Below, one piece after another: positions 18,139 to 31,963 of a stretch of 64,000 bases of DNA; within the stretch, counting starts at the first letter, position 1, and every line of letters begins with the position of its first letter. Below the pieces are notes generated by a model. The model worked only from the letters and a program-made list of their open reading frames with translations. It was not told the origin of the DNA and did no database searches. The stretch covers positions 10,753,135 to 10,817,134 of the forward strand of contig OZ316899.1 in the NCBI GenBank assembly GCA_973895155.1, written 5' to 3'. Made by a program: the position numbers and the translations under genes. This DNA comes from Marsupella aquatica (taxonomy: Eukaryota; Plantae; Marchantiophyta).

Positions 18139-20985
18139 GGGCCTGTTGGGACTTTATGAAGGAAGACTTGGTGGCAATGATACAAGATTTTTGGGTGACA
18201 GGCGTGCTGGCAGCTGAGATAAAAGAAGGGCTGATAAAGATGATCCCCAAAAAACTGGACAAACGGTATCTGAAAGACTGGCGTCCTCTGACCATGCTAA
18301 ACACCAGCTACAAGATACTGGCCAAAGTAATGGCTCTACGGATTAAGCATTTATTTGGCAACCTGATCAGCCCTCAACAGACTGGGTTTATCCCGGCCAG
18401 ACATATTCTAGAGAATATTTCTCTTGCATGGCTTATCAATGACTGGGTGCACAAGCGTCAGCAGGAAGCTCTGTTTTTAAAACTGGATTTCGAAAAAGCA
18501 TTTGATAGGGTCAATCATGAGTACTTGTGGGAAGTTATGTTGTTGCTGGGGTTTAGCAGTAGGACGGTGAATCTTATGAAAGCCTTGCTTTCAAATTCCA
18601 GTTCTTGTGTATTGGTCAATGGCTTTCTTAGCAAAGCTCTATCTTTGCGCAGGGGGTGAGACAGGGATGCCCTCTCTCCCCTCTTCTTTTTGTGATTTCA
18701 ACGCAACCACTTATGGATTTTTTGGATGCTGAGATGGCTGCTGGTAGACTATGTGGAATTCACGTTTTGGCTGAGCTATCTGTGTGCTATAGAATTTTTG
18801 CTGATGACATGGGCATGTTCATCCCGGCTACTGAGGTGGCATTCAAGGACGCTACAACAGCCTTGGCATGTTATGAGGGTGCATCTGGAGCTAGGCTGAA
18901 TTTGCGCAAATCTATGATGATCCCACTTGCAATGGCGCACATTCCATTCTGGCTTGGGGATACTGGATGCAAAATTAGTAAGCCTGGGGAAGTGCAAAAA
19001 TATTTAAGGGCTCCATTTGGGGTTGGGCTGATAGTTGAAAGTTTACACGGCTTCTGCTTGGATAAGATTGCTGCTCGCCTGTCATCCTGGTCCAATAAAT
19101 TGTTGTCTTTCACTGGCCGGACTTTGCTGGTGAAACATGTGCTAATGGCAATACCTATCTATCATGTTATGTACATGAAAGCATCGGATGGGCTGGCGAA
19201 GAAACTGATTGCACTCTGTCAAGATTTTCTGTGGGGATTTAACCCGGCTGGTGGGAAACGAATTCCTCTGGTTGCTTGGGAAAAGATGGCTAGACCAAAG
19301 GTAGACGGTGGGCTGGGGTTTAGAGACTTTAAAAGCCATTTTGATGCTTTGTTGACCCAGTGGTTTATGAAGGCTCTGGACTACCAGAGAACAAAATGGG
19401 CTCGGATGCTGGTTGCTAATCTATGTCTTATAGGATGGCTGAACTTCAGAGTAATTCAACGGAATCACTACACATTTGAGGATAAGCTCTTGCTGTGCAC
19501 CCCCAGATCTGGATGCGGTATGACATACACTTGGGGAATCTGGAAGGCATGGGAAGCTCTCAGGGCTAGTCTCTCATTTGCCCCTGGGGCCACTGGCTAT
19601 CTGGGGAGATGGAGCATTCAGGATACTCTTTGTTGCATGAAAGGTTTTAACACATGGTCCTCTGTACACACAGAGTTCACGGTGGAGATTTGTGGGAGAC
19701 TTGGAATACGGAAGATCTCGGACTGCTGGGTATCTGAGACACAATGCTGGCGGGATTTTACTTGTTGGTGGAGCATGTTGAGAGGGTGGGCCCAGGCTCA
19801 TAGGGATCGCTGTAAACAGCTACTGCTAACGATAAGTGCAGGGCGCAGCTGCAATAGTGGACTCAAGCCGGGGGCTCGGTGCTGGCGATGGTTGGACCAG
19901 GTGTCCCTGCTGAAGGTATTTAAACTCCCCAATCACCAGGCATACCAACTTCTGAGACCGCAGGGCACTGACTACTTGCGCTAGAACCGAATATGGATTT
20001 CAAATGGCTCGGAGTTAGTGTGGGGTAAGCAGTGGCGTTCTCTCTGGGGCTCTGACTTGTCCACGAGAGCCAAAACCTTTCTCTGGTGGATTTTGGCGGG
20101 TGGACTGTTCATGGGGGCCAGGGCCCTTACTATTGGTGCTAGTAGTGGAGCCTACAAGCTATGTCCTGGGGTGCTGGAAAGTATTCCTCATCTTTTTGTG
20201 CACTGTGTGCATGCTGCTAAGTGCTGGCAAATGTGCTATGATTATTGATGTGGAGCGGTCTTTGCCCCGGGACATTGCCTTTTAGATAGACTGGATGCTT
20301 CCTTTGGTCGTGGCCATTTGCAGATTGTTCGTCTCTTTTTGCTATTCCAAATCCTATGGATGGTCTGTCTGGGAAGGAATGAACATGTTTTCAATGAACG
20401 AGGTAGAAGACTCTTTGACATGCGCCGGGTTCTTGGTGAGACAGCTTCTCACTTACATGGTGTGGCTCTTCGTTTCCCTACTGGGCGGAAGCACATCCGG
20501 CTCTTGAGGGCCAGAAAAGTAATTGAGTTGGAGAGGCAAGTGTGGATGACTCGCAGGGATGGATGCCTTACTTCTGGCTGATGATGCTTTGGTTGGTGGA
20601 ACGGACCTCCTTTGGTTGGGCTGCTTCTAGGTGAATCCTGCGGGGGGCCCCAAGTGGTCACTGCTGGGCGGTTGTTCCTCTGCGCTTTATTTCTATGATA
20701 GGATGTCACATGTCACTGGCCTTGCTTGGGTACTGTTACATAGGACATTTAGTGTTACTTGAGCCCTTTAGGGGTTGTGGCCACTCGGCTTGTACTTCTG
20801 ACATGGTGGACTATATTTACTGGCAGTAGTGTTCTGGTTTGGCGGCTGTTAGGTTTTATGTTGGCCCCGTTTAGGGGCCTCCCTGTTGTCCTCTTCGAGG
20901 TGGTGTTGCTTTGCGTTTTTCTGGTGCTGTGTGCTTCCCCCCATCCGTGGGTTTTTTGCGGTTTTATTATTAAAGAAAAAAAAAA
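18139..20985 (+). mobile_element. 5'-truncated L1-type LINE (degenerate ORF2: RT + zf-RVT)
   Basis: Motifs DWRPLTMLN, LKLDFEKAFDRV, RQGCPLSPLLF, IFADD and a C-terminal ESIPHLFVHC. Frameshift near 18656 and stops. A-rich tail at 20972-20985; 18-bp flanking repeat AAATATAGCAGCAGAGAA at 18121-18138 and 20995-21012. Confidence 0.92.
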
Positions 20986-21376
20986 TTCCAAAGGAAATAT
21001 AGCAGCAGAGAAAGGGAGATAGGAAAATACATCTTTGGATGGAGGTAGGGTCCTAGCCCAAGAACCATGCACTTACCGGTCTGCCCTGTTGTTAGCGTTT
21101 GACTGCAGAAACAAAACAACAACAATTCATTGCACCTCGTGGAGTTGCCTGCATTTTGTGCTGGTCAATCTGATTGTGGGTTGTGGTGCTCACAGAGGAA
21201 GCCCAGAACACCTGAGTTCAATCATAAGATGACAAGGACAGCACTTTGGGTGGATGTCTGCTCTACTCTAGCATGGGCAAAGGCAAGGCTCAAATTGATT
21301 ACTCAAGGCAGATTGGAATCTCGTGCATATGGAATTGTGGGCCCCGTTATCCGGCAAATGTCTGGCGTGGCAAAAA

Positions 21377-21805
21377 TTGCTTGGGGCTTGTAGAACTTAT
21401 GGTAATGTGGAGCTAGGTGAACAGGCCGCTAACGAGCTTTTCAATTTGGAACCCAGTAAGTCCTCTACATATGTGATGCTCTCCAATATCTATGCAGCAG
21501 CTGGGAAGTGGGAGAAGGTGGCATCTGTGCGCGCTATGATGCAAGAGAGAGGTGTTTGGAAGGAACCAGGACGTAGCTGGATTGAAGTTGATAACAAGAT
21601 CCATGAATTTGTTGTCGGGAATACATCTCACCCAGAAGTGGAGGCGATCTATACCGAGCTGAATAAATTGAGTGAAAAATTGAAGGCTGAAGGCTACATT
21701 CCGGATACCAAGCTTGTGTTGCATGATATTAATGAGGAGGATAAAGAGCTAGCTCTTTGCTCTCATAGTGAGAAGTTGGCTATTGTTTACGGACTTATGC
21801 AACAT
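21377..21805 (+). pseudogene. Fragment of a PLS-class PPR RNA-editing factor (E/E+ and first half of DYW domain)
   Basis: LLGACRTYGNVELG...YVMLSNIYAAAGKW...KEPGRSWIEV..HEF...HP...GYIPDT...HSEKLAIVYGL. No upstream PPR array, and no CxxC or DYW terminus. Confidence 0.88.
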
Positions 21806-24722
21806 GTCACTTCCCTAAAGTCATTTATGTTGGGTGACGACGTGGTTTCACTGCCGCTCATCCATTGAAATATTTGTCATAATACAAAGCGTAGAAAACC
21901 TAAGAGGTGATGTCCCTTTGCTCATATAACCATTACCATGGTGCACCTATATACTATGTGCTTACCGAGAAAAAGAAGCAGAAATGATGGGTGTTCAATA
22001 ATTTCTGCCTGTGTACGTTGGGGTTTTAACCCTGTTGTCTCATAAATTTTAGCTGACCTCTTGTTTTTGATTTCTACCTTCATGGTGTCTGACTGTTGCA
22101 AATGGAACTTCGCTTTTTCCATTTGATTGTTATGCTCAATTTTTGTTGCTTTTCTTTTCTACTCCTCTTATACTTACCCTTCCAAGAGTGAGGACAGGTC
22201 ACAACTGGCAGTGTTCTATATATGTATCATTCTACGTCATGTCTTAGGGACAAACTGAGCTTCTTACCTGGGAGGCTGCCACTTATGGGAAGGAATCCTT
22301 TCCATAGAGTGGCGCTTTTGACCGTGCCAATAAGAAATAGAAAATTAAGTGATAAATGGCATATTTTAAAGCTCCCTTCCTTCAATGCATCTAAGTAGCC
22401 ATCAGGTGAATCCACAAGTGAGATTCTTCCACTTGTGGTCCTTCCATGTCAGCTGCTACTGTTGAAGAAACGCCAACTGACTTTGTTGTTGAGATGTTTT
22501 GACCCAAGTACGGAAAGGCACTTGAGAAAATAGTCACTTGGAATTGTCGACGCGCATGGCTAGAACAAATCTTCAAATGCGAAATTGAAACCGCACAGGA
22601 GGAAACCTATTACGAGTAAACTATTATCAGTTGTCTTTGACACATCATGGGCATGTTCTGGATAGTCCTCCTGGGCTAGAAAGCATTCATAGGACTGACA
22701 AACCGGTCTACAAAGCTGTACGCACACTAATGTAGTGTGTAACCAAACTGTAGATATTTCTAAAGGAAAATGTGGCCCAAATGCTAATCCCCTGACTTCT
22801 GGAGGTCATGGAGATCTTATTTTGGTTGTTATGGCCAGCCGCATATTATTCCTTTTGTGAGTGAATTTTTACATTCTTGTAATCTGCCTATTCAGCTTGT
22901 CTTTCGTCAGTCTTGGTGTATTTTACGATGGATGTAATTGTTTCTCCCAAAGAGTTCTCCTTCAGATATCTTGTCTGTCTGAAATCTTTTACTTCCATGC
23001 TGGCTTTGTAAACTCTTTGCCCCCCGGGGGTCTTGTCGTTTCGGAATTTGGGGGCTTCCATATGCTTGAATATTCAGCTCTTAGTGCCGATGGTTTTCTC
23101 TTGACCATCAGCATTTGGCCAAAGGGTGCCTTTGCAGTCACAATAGATACGTGTACAAACTTGAATTGGAGTCAATTCATTTTGGTGCTTGACTAAAACA
23201 TTGTTGATGTAGAAAAAGAGAGGAGGTTCGCCACTTGCTACAAGAATCACCGCAATCGCTTGATGATCAAATGAATGATGCAATGCAAGATGGCGGGATT
23301 CCTGGGGATCCTAATATGATCCTGCATTGAGTTTGTGTGACATGAATAGTTCAATGTGGCACTGAAATTGTGACTGTATTCTCATATTGGAATATCGCAG
23401 ACCACAAAATTTTCAAAGAAACGAAAGGAGTACGCAAGAAGGGTGACCAACACTATCTTTGGGCCTGTGCATCGAAGTGAAAGGTTGAGCAAGAAGATCG
23501 TACCTACAATGGCAGAATGTGGAGATGAGATGGATCCTGCACAGGTGGGTGCAGACACCAGACAAGAAGATGCAGATGATGAGTATTTTCTAGAGGAAAT
23601 GGATGAGGATGGGGTTATGAAGATGAATACATTGCAGAGCAGCCCAAAAAGAAACAGGTAAGTAGTTTTCCTGACAAGCTAGGTATTGAGTTAAACTCTC
23701 TTCTTTAGAGGTTTCATGACTCCCTTACACATATATACAATGCTTAGTTTGTGACATTGTAGTTGGTGATGTGATGTAGCGTCCTATGAGTTCTATTTTG
23801 CCTGCAAAGCCTGTGCATGCACCATACCAGCAAGGGGGGCTGACCTATGATCAAGGTTGGCGAGGTGGTAGTAGCAGTAGGTCCCAGGCTGGTGTCCAAT
23901 ACTATGGCAGGGGGCAGAGTAGCAGTTATGCCCGTAGTAGAGGTAGAGCGAGTCCAAACCCACAATCTCGTGGGTACGGACGTCCACCTCAACCATGGGG
24001 ATGTGAGTATATCTATATGTCAGTTCTTTGTTAATTATTAGCACTTGTGAATTTCAGACTGCATAGCAATGTTTGACATTGTTTGGGATTCATACAACAT
24101 GAAATTCATTCCACTTGCCATTGCATGTAGATTTCGCCCAACCTGATTGGGCAAATGCTGGTAATGATGAGTTTCAATGTGAAGGTAATTGACAAGGCTT
24201 TGAATACAGTACCTACAAATGCCGGAAGAGGGGCAGGTAATGTATGAAGTAGTTTGCAATGGAAGAACTCATTTTATCTATAGTCCATTCATGTGGGTAT
24301 ACTCTATACATGTACAATGATAGCAAATGTATGTGTGCAGGTTGGACAGTCGAACCGTTGATGCAAGTATTCACTAATGCCCCTATGCAGATGCAACATA
24401 GAAGGGGGGCAGGTATTTTGGAATGTTGACTTATTTCCCTACAGTTTACTGATTTACTAAGTTATATATCAATACATATGTTTGCACATGCCTAGCTAGA
24501 AAGTGACAACATTTGTGCCCTGTACTAGGCTGGACAGGTGGTCCAAGATCGCAACAATTCCAAAGTGCAGTCCCTACACAAATGTCTACTGACAGAGCTA
24601 CAGGTATATATGTTGGTTCAATTTTTTGTTAAAGAGATGCATTGAATGGTGCCAATAGGTGTTTGTAATAAATAGTTCTGGTGTATATAGTTCTCAAGCA
24701 TGAATGGCATTGTATTTGCCCA

Positions 24723-26360
24723 GGTGACTTCAGAACCCCAGGTAGAGTGAATCAGGGGGTGCCCATTAATATTACACCGCCCAGTATTGCAGAGAGCAGT
24801 GCACAAGGGGAGGTGACAAAGAAAGGGGCAATAAAGTTGAATGACAGACAATGGGTGGATGCTGAGTGTCCTCGCAAAAACTGATGGCATGCTGATTTGA
24901 AAGTTGAAGTATTGCGCTGGTTAGATGTGAGTGTTATTAATTTTAAAAAGCAGCATCCAAAAGATTGGAAGACTGTATGTGAAAATGTTGCTGCCAAATG
25001 GAATTATGTGGGCAGTGATGATAGCGTGGACATAGGTTGCCTAGAAAGTACAACAAGTAAAATCATCAAGCAAGAGAGATGGAGAATGCATAAGGCTTGG
25101 AAGGAAGGTGGGGAGAAGCCAAATATGCCTCCACCAACAAGTTGGGATGATAAAGTGTGGGCAAGACTAGTAGCTTATTTTGGGACAGATGCTGCAAAAA
25201 AGAAGAGTTCACAGATGACCGAGGCCAAGTTGAGTGTTCAGAACCCTAATCTGACAGGAAGAACCGGCACTGCACCGATAGCAAAACGCTTGGTAAGAGT
25301 CAATGGCTAATTATGTAATTCATGCTACACTATGTCCTGTTCACTTTGTTTTTGAGTGTACGTACGTTCATTGGAAAATGATAACCAATGTTTGCCATGC
25401 ATATGCAGAAAGCCCAATTGGGGCAAAGCCCTTCAAAAGAAGAGTTGAGGGCTGAAATTGTGAATAACAGGGCATGTGAGGCATTTGAATCCTCCAAGCA
25501 CGTAAGTTATATGAGTTCTGATTGGTAATTGAATGACCTGCATTGAATTTCAGGTGTACACATATCATTGATTGTGCATATATTGCCCAACATTTCATAT
25601 GGAGTGATTGACTATTGCCCTATGTCATGTAGGGAGGTGGATCTTCACTTACAGAGATAAGTGATCATTTGAAGGCCGTGGAAACATGTCTTCCAAAGAT
25701 CAATGAATGTTTAAATTCATTGACTGACTTGTTCCATATGAACTTCAAGACATTAATGGAAGCTATTGTGTCGGTGAGAGATAAAATTGATTCCAATTCT
25801 GCAAGAGTTCCACCATCATCACTTGAGGTGGCAAAGTCTATGCACTCTTCTGGCATGCCAACGACATCTAGACTTGAAGGTAAGGCCCTTATAACTTTGT
25901 GGGATATGATTATAAAATCTAAAGTTTGTATTGACATAGTTTGTTGAATGTGTTATTTTCAGTAACATATATTGTGGTTGTTGTGCCCACAGAGAATAAG
26001 ACAAGTGCTACAGAGAAGAACTAAGTATGATCACCTGGCAAGAACCTCCAAGATCGGTGCTGGCAGAAAGATCTAAGGTGGAAGTGGGGAAGGCACCTAA
26101 TGCTGAGGGACAAAGTGGTTTGTTAGCTGTTGATGAAAGTGGTGAACATGAGTAGGATTTGGCAGAGTGCAGGTCGGTTCTACAACATTCCATGGCAAGA
26201 GAATTCCCCTAGGTTATTCAGTAGTGTTAATCACGTTACTAGTGAAACCTAAAGCTGTCCTTCCCATTCCAAACACAAATGATGATCCTCCTTAGAAGAC
26301 ACTTGAAGCTGCTGCAGGTTCTTTGGTATTATGGCCAAGCAAGTTCATAGAGGATCCATA
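24723..26360 (+). pseudogene. Decayed multi-exon CACTA (En/Spm) TnpA/Ptta-like gene; upstream exons probably reach ~23400
   Basis: WARLVAYFGTDAAKKKSSQMTEAKLSVQNPNLTGRTGTAPIAKRL followed by a GT donor, and a C-terminal PKAVLPIPNTNDDPP*KTLEAAAGSLVLWP motif. In-frame stops. Upstream of a CACTA 3' terminus. Confidence 0.65.
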
Positions 26361-26875
26361 ACAATGTCATGTCATTATTTGTTTGTAGTGTGAGTCATGC
26401 TCTGTAGATTTTAGAATTCAAGAAGCAATGCATTATCATGTTTGATAATTGATAGTATCATGCATTTGCTTTCAATTATTGCAAACAATTATCAGTTTAC
26501 AAGTTCTTGTTTTCTCTGAATTACATTGATGTGTAAACTATTTCATTGTAATTGATTGATCATCATCTTTTAGCAATATTGTGATTTCACCTAAAGCTGT
26601 CCTTCTCATAAGTGAAACCTAAAGTTGTCCATCGTATGAATGTTTTATGTAGGATCTGCTTATATCATGCTTTGTTTCATGTGGATGTCATTCATGCTCT
26701 GTTCATTTCTTGTATTCAATGTGTTATACTTCTAAAATGTGAAAATGAGTGTTTCTATGTATTGCAATGTGGAGTGCTCATGAATTGACTCTCTCTCCTT
26801 GTGAACTGTTACACAATTCATTAGTCATGGTTACAACTTCCCTAAATTCCACCTCAACCTTATTAGTTATGAACA

Positions 26876-29800
26876 TGTGATGCCTAGCCAGGAATCACTA
26901 GGCCAGTTTAAATGATAAAATAAGGAGTAAACCCTGGAAACACATTAGTGTAGTAGCAAAAATATGGAAAATATAAACAATTAAGGGTGGCTATGGAACC
27001 CAAGCAGAGGCCGGAAGTAAAAACGCCGGGGGAGGGAACACGATTAGGGTTAGGGTGTGCTAAGTGCTGGCGGTCATAGGTAACTAACGAGAAGGAAGAC
27101 CAGTCAGGGAGGGGTAAGGATCGATCGCAAGGAATGGCAGCTCATTTGCAAGCACGAACTAAGCAGACGACTACGGGAGGCCAACTACTGTCCGCTGCTC
27201 AGGCAAGCACTCGGGGTGGAAGCAGATACCAACAATCAACTCAAGAAGGGTATGAGCAACGTCAATCAAGCTGCTCATTTTTGGGGATGCCTGTTAGAAC
27301 GGGCAACTGAGTACATTGGGACCTACGAGGACGAAGAATTGGAGAGAGCCGCTCAAGAATGGCAGGAGCTTGCTCGACTGTGGGAGCTGCAAAAGTCTGC
27401 CTTCTTAGGAGGAGAACTCATTACGGCTGAATTCTTGTGGATGCCTACTGCCGACAAACTCGACAATCTTCTGTTTTGTGAGAATAGAATAGTCGGCATC
27501 TGGGAGGCCATCAACCGCTGCAACGACATACACTAGGAGTTTAAGGGTAGCACAGAGGGGTGGACGAAGGCAACCGTGCTAGGAGAAACATCCACAACAG
27601 CCGCTATGAAGAGGAAAGGGAACATCAATGAAGAGACCACCCCTGCAAAGAGAATGAGGTCGGCGGCACCAAGGAAGTAGGAGGCAGGAAGAAGCCGAAG
27701 AAGAGGAGGTCGAACCCATCAATGCCGTTCCAACAAGGGATGGTACCTGGAAAGGCTAGGCGGCGACCCTCCCCGAGGAAGTGCAATTACACTTTGCACG
27801 CGAAGAGGATGCATGCTTTACGGCTATGTAGACTCGGAAGTACTAGGGCTTCATGGCCGGATCCGGCTTGGAAGCCTTTGTAAAGTTACCATGGCTAAAG
27901 CCGGAGGTGCCGGATTCAGACTTATTAGAATTTGTGGGATCTTGGGAGCCCGAGACCAATTCCACAAGGTTGTATGGGAAAGAATTCTATCTCACTCCCC
28001 GAGTGATTGCCAAAGTGTTTGGCTTGCCGACGGGCAATAAGACCAAAGTAGATACCCGAAAGACCTTGCCAGACAAGGAGTTCCAATCGTTCCCAGGGCC
28101 ATCAACAAAGAATGGCTTATTTCAGAACACCTGCACCAACCCGCACATAGGAGAGATAATCGATTTCTTGCGGGTAACCATGCACTGCAACTTGCCGAGG
28201 CCAGAGATCGGCAAGGCAAGGTTTACCTGGTGGAGAGGCCAGACCCCAACCGTGACTACAACGGATACCTCCTCACCCAATTGAAGAAAATCTTGAAGGA
28301 GGAACAGTAGGTGATCGGCAAGGGAAGCGTGTCCCGGCTTGGCTATCATATGCCGCTGTTGTGCCGGTATGCCCAAAGTCAGATATTTGCCCCGGTACTT
28401 CCCCTGCAGGCAAGAGCACCAAAGGAGGTTCCGGAACTGAGGCCGGCAACAGAGAAACCAACCCAACCCGACAATCCTACAATTGAGCAGGTGTTTAGGC
28501 CGAGGAAGGAGGACTTGCCGATGCAGCAACCAGGCATGCAGAATCTGCTGAAATTGCTGGAGAAGGAAAGGAGAACGGCAACGGCAACGGGACCGGTACA
28601 GAATACTGCTCCCCAAGTTGGCCTAAGCCAACTTATCAGGGAAAACCCCTTTACCAGGGTCAAGGAGAGAAGGAGGCCGGAACATGAGCCGGGAGTCCAA
28701 ATGTATGTAGGAGCCTCAAGTCCCGAAGCCGAGGAAAAACAGCCCGAAGCTCCTGGTCGCGACAGGGAGAAGAAGAGATCAACGTGGAAGCCAGAGGAAC
28801 CAGGACCCGTGATCTGTGAGGCCGTGTTCACGGCAAAACCAGGAGAGTAGCGGGGGGAGCCGGTAGTCCAAGCCGCAGAGGAGGCGGTAGAAGGCTACAA
28901 ACATGATGACTCCGGCTACGGGTCCGACCATCATGTTCCAGGAGTAAGGACCTGTGGCAGGTTCATCCCCACTCTTCCAAGAGTAGTTTGAGGGGACCCC
29001 ACCCAGTAGAGCAGCCCCAAGTCTCCCCCACCAGATATTGCTCCCCCGAGCTTTGACGACATAAAACAGATGGCACAAGAGTTTCAGGAGCGACTCAAGG
29101 AGGAAGAGAAGGCAGCCTCGGCTAGGGAGAAAGATTTACCAGGGGGAGAATGGCCAGAGCACATCAGGCGGCTTGCAGAAAAACAAAGCATCCCTCCAGC
29201 CACGATAGAAGAAATCCGCAAGGCGGCTTGGGAACAAAGGCTGCAATGGTTGATGCCAATGACTTCTACTCACTCCGCCTATGCTAAAGAACGAGCCATG
29301 GAGTACGGGGAGATGTGTGGGGAACTTGCGCTCAACATCTTTGGGGAGGAGTTGGAGCAGGGACCCTTTTTCGAGAGGGAGATGTTGGAGAAGCACCGAT
29401 TAGAAGAAGCGGTGGCTTTGGAGAGAAGCAAGAAGGACGAGGTCATCCGTCGGCTTAGGGCAAGGGAAGCCGAGGTAGAAGACCTGAAGGCGGCCAAGAA
29501 AGCCCAAGATGAGCTGTGGATTAAGCGGCATGAGCTAAACATCATGCAGGGGCAATTGGATACCGCGCAGTCTGATAATCAGATTATCAAGGATAAACTG
29601 ACTCGGACCCAAGGAGAGTTGGTCGATGCGATCAAGGAGAAGGACAAGTGGAAGCAAGAGCTGAGAGACGCATAGGAGGCCCACATAGCAGCCAACAACC
29701 GGGCCATGGCGGAGACCCAAAGAAGGGAGAGGGCATTGAAGGGGGAGCTTGAGGATATCTACGGAGCCCTTGAGCAGAAGGAGGCCGAGTTAGGAAAATC

Positions 29801-31573
29801 CTATTAGGCGATCATTGTGCTATGACAGGAGCTCGCATCCATGACGGCCAGCTTCAAGGCCGACCTCCGTGAGAAAGATGACCAGCTCGACCAGACTTAT
29901 GCCAAGATGAATAAAATGGAGTCTGAGGTCATAACGAAGCTTGACAAGGAGCTAAGAGCAACCCAGGAAGAGAGGGCTACCTTAAAAAAGAAGCTGGAGG
30001 AAGCCCAAAGAGAGTTGGAGGAAGCCCAGAAGGAGCGGAGGAGGCGTGCAAGGACCTGGACGAATTGCAGGAGGAGTTGGAGGAAAGCATGCGGAAGATG
30101 GAGAACTTACAGCGGCGAGCCAACAACCAAACGGAGCGGCTGAAGAAATAGGCCACAGTATTTAAGTGCTTGGCTTCCTCAAGTCCAACTCCAATAGGGG
30201 CAACCAAGTTGCCAGGAGTAGTACTGGCTGAAGGACAAGCCGAGACACTCGCACCGGTGCTGGAGGTCAGTGGCAAGGGGAAGGGACCAGTTGCCAAAAC
30301 AAGGAAGAAGAAAAAGCGAAAACCTTTTGGGTCGGGGAGTAACACGGCTTCTCAAGCCATCATGACCAAGGAGGTAAACCCGGCACCAACCTCAGGCAGG
30401 GTCACGACAGAGGATCCAACTGTCCTACAAGGCGGGGATGGCAAGGATGAAGCCGGAATGCTCAGTGATGAGGCCGGTGTACCGAATCCACCACTAGAAC
30501 AGGCCGGGGAAGCCGTAACCATATTGGAGGCCGTGGCCGAGGGTGGACCCAGTTAGGCCGATGGAGAGTTCACTCGGTTTGGAGCAGGTAATCTGTCAGA
30601 GGACGGACCTACGGTAGTGGCTGCGGAGGAAGTGTTGGGGGCCTCCATTGAGGATCAGCCACCACTACCATGACGGTGGTGGAGGGCCGCTCCTTTTAAG
30701 GAGGGCGGACGTGGAGGGAGGAGGCGTGAGTGGGCAGGGTGGGCAGGGCGGGCTCAGATCTCCAAGTTTAGAATTAGGATCAGGACCAGGTTCGGCCCTG
30801 ACACTTAGCTTAGTGGGATTGCAGATCCACTGGTAAGAGCAACACTTGTGCTCCTGCCTTGCTGTACATAGGTAGATTACGGTCAGGTTAGATTAGGCTT
30901 ATGCTGCAAGGAATTGGGCGGATTCACTGCCAGGATAAGTACCTGGGCAGTGGGGGGGTTCAGGGCCTTCTTCCTTAGCAAGTTTTTAGTGCACCAGCAG
31001 GGCTGGGATCAAGTAGTTAAAGAAGCTCTCGGTTAGTTATGCTGTGACCCGTGTGTATATTCATGTTTCCTCATACTTAAGAGATGAATAGAGTTGGCCT
31101 CACGACTTAGTTCGCAGATCTTGTGTATGAGAAGTACTGTTTGTGTGGCAAGTGCATGTTATAACTCAGTCAGAAGGAGTCATTTTTCTATTTGTGTGTT
31201 GCATTAACTTGTTTGAAGATTGCCCACATCAACCAAGAAGGGAGTAAGCAAGGTAGTAAGAGTTGGATGTGTCGAGCTGAGAGAGGTCTTAGCGGCTTAC
31301 CCAAGCCAGTTGGGGATCATTCCGGCGGCGGAATCCAAACATACCTAAAGGGAGACCAGGAGAGGAGGACAATGGAAGGCATAGAAGAGGCCGGCTTCAC
31401 ATCTCATGACCCAATGAAGGATCTGTCCAGTATATGTGTGTAAAATGTTAGTCAAAGTTAGCAGCATCTCATGCCGCTAAGCTGCGAAACCGGCCTCGCC
31501 AAGAGCGAAACCTGCGGGAATCTGCTTGTGGAGGGGGGTTTCTTGGGTTCAGGGAGCCATGGGACGCACCACA
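26876..31573 (+). mobile_element. Solo LTR of family A (older subfamily) with decayed LTR ORF, inserted in the CACTA element
   Basis: TGTGATGCC...GCACCACA; flanks GAACA/AAACA (5-bp TSD, one mismatch). ORF fragments match the 1212-aa protein. Confidence 0.93.
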
Positions 31574-31578
31574 AAACA

Positions 31579-31963
31579 TGACTATATAGAGACCTAAATG
31601 GTTCTGTTGTGTGACCCGGACCAGGGTCTCCATTGGTCTATTATGTGACACTAAAAGGTCACAAGCTAGGTGCTATTAAGAGTGAGTAAGTCATGGACAT
31701 GACTTACCTTGTGACTAATTAAAGTCACATTGCAGTCACGTATCAACAAGGCTAGACTCCATAATGGAGTCACAGATCAGTCACAAATGGGTATCAAGCA
31801 AGTCGCAATGTCCAGTATCAATAGTGACTTCCATTTTTTGGTCTCAAGTTTTGCAACTCCCAGGGTCACAGCCTGGGTCACGTCACGTTGAGTCACAATG
31901 AAGTCACATGAGCCAAAATGAGTCACATATTGTGGTCTCAGATGACCTTGGTTTCTTCTAGTG
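31579..31963 (+). mobile_element. CACTA 3' subterminal repeats and terminal inverted repeat
   Basis: Dense GTCACA/TGTGAC motifs in both orientations ending ...GGTTTCTTCTAGTG (reverse complement CACTAGAAGAAACC). No matching 5' TIR found. Confidence 0.8.

Noticed and set aside
22723-22739. CACACTA-ATG-TAGTGTG palindrome as a CACTA 5' end
   Set aside because: Does not match the CACTAGAAGAAA terminus and lacks subterminal repeats; likely chance.
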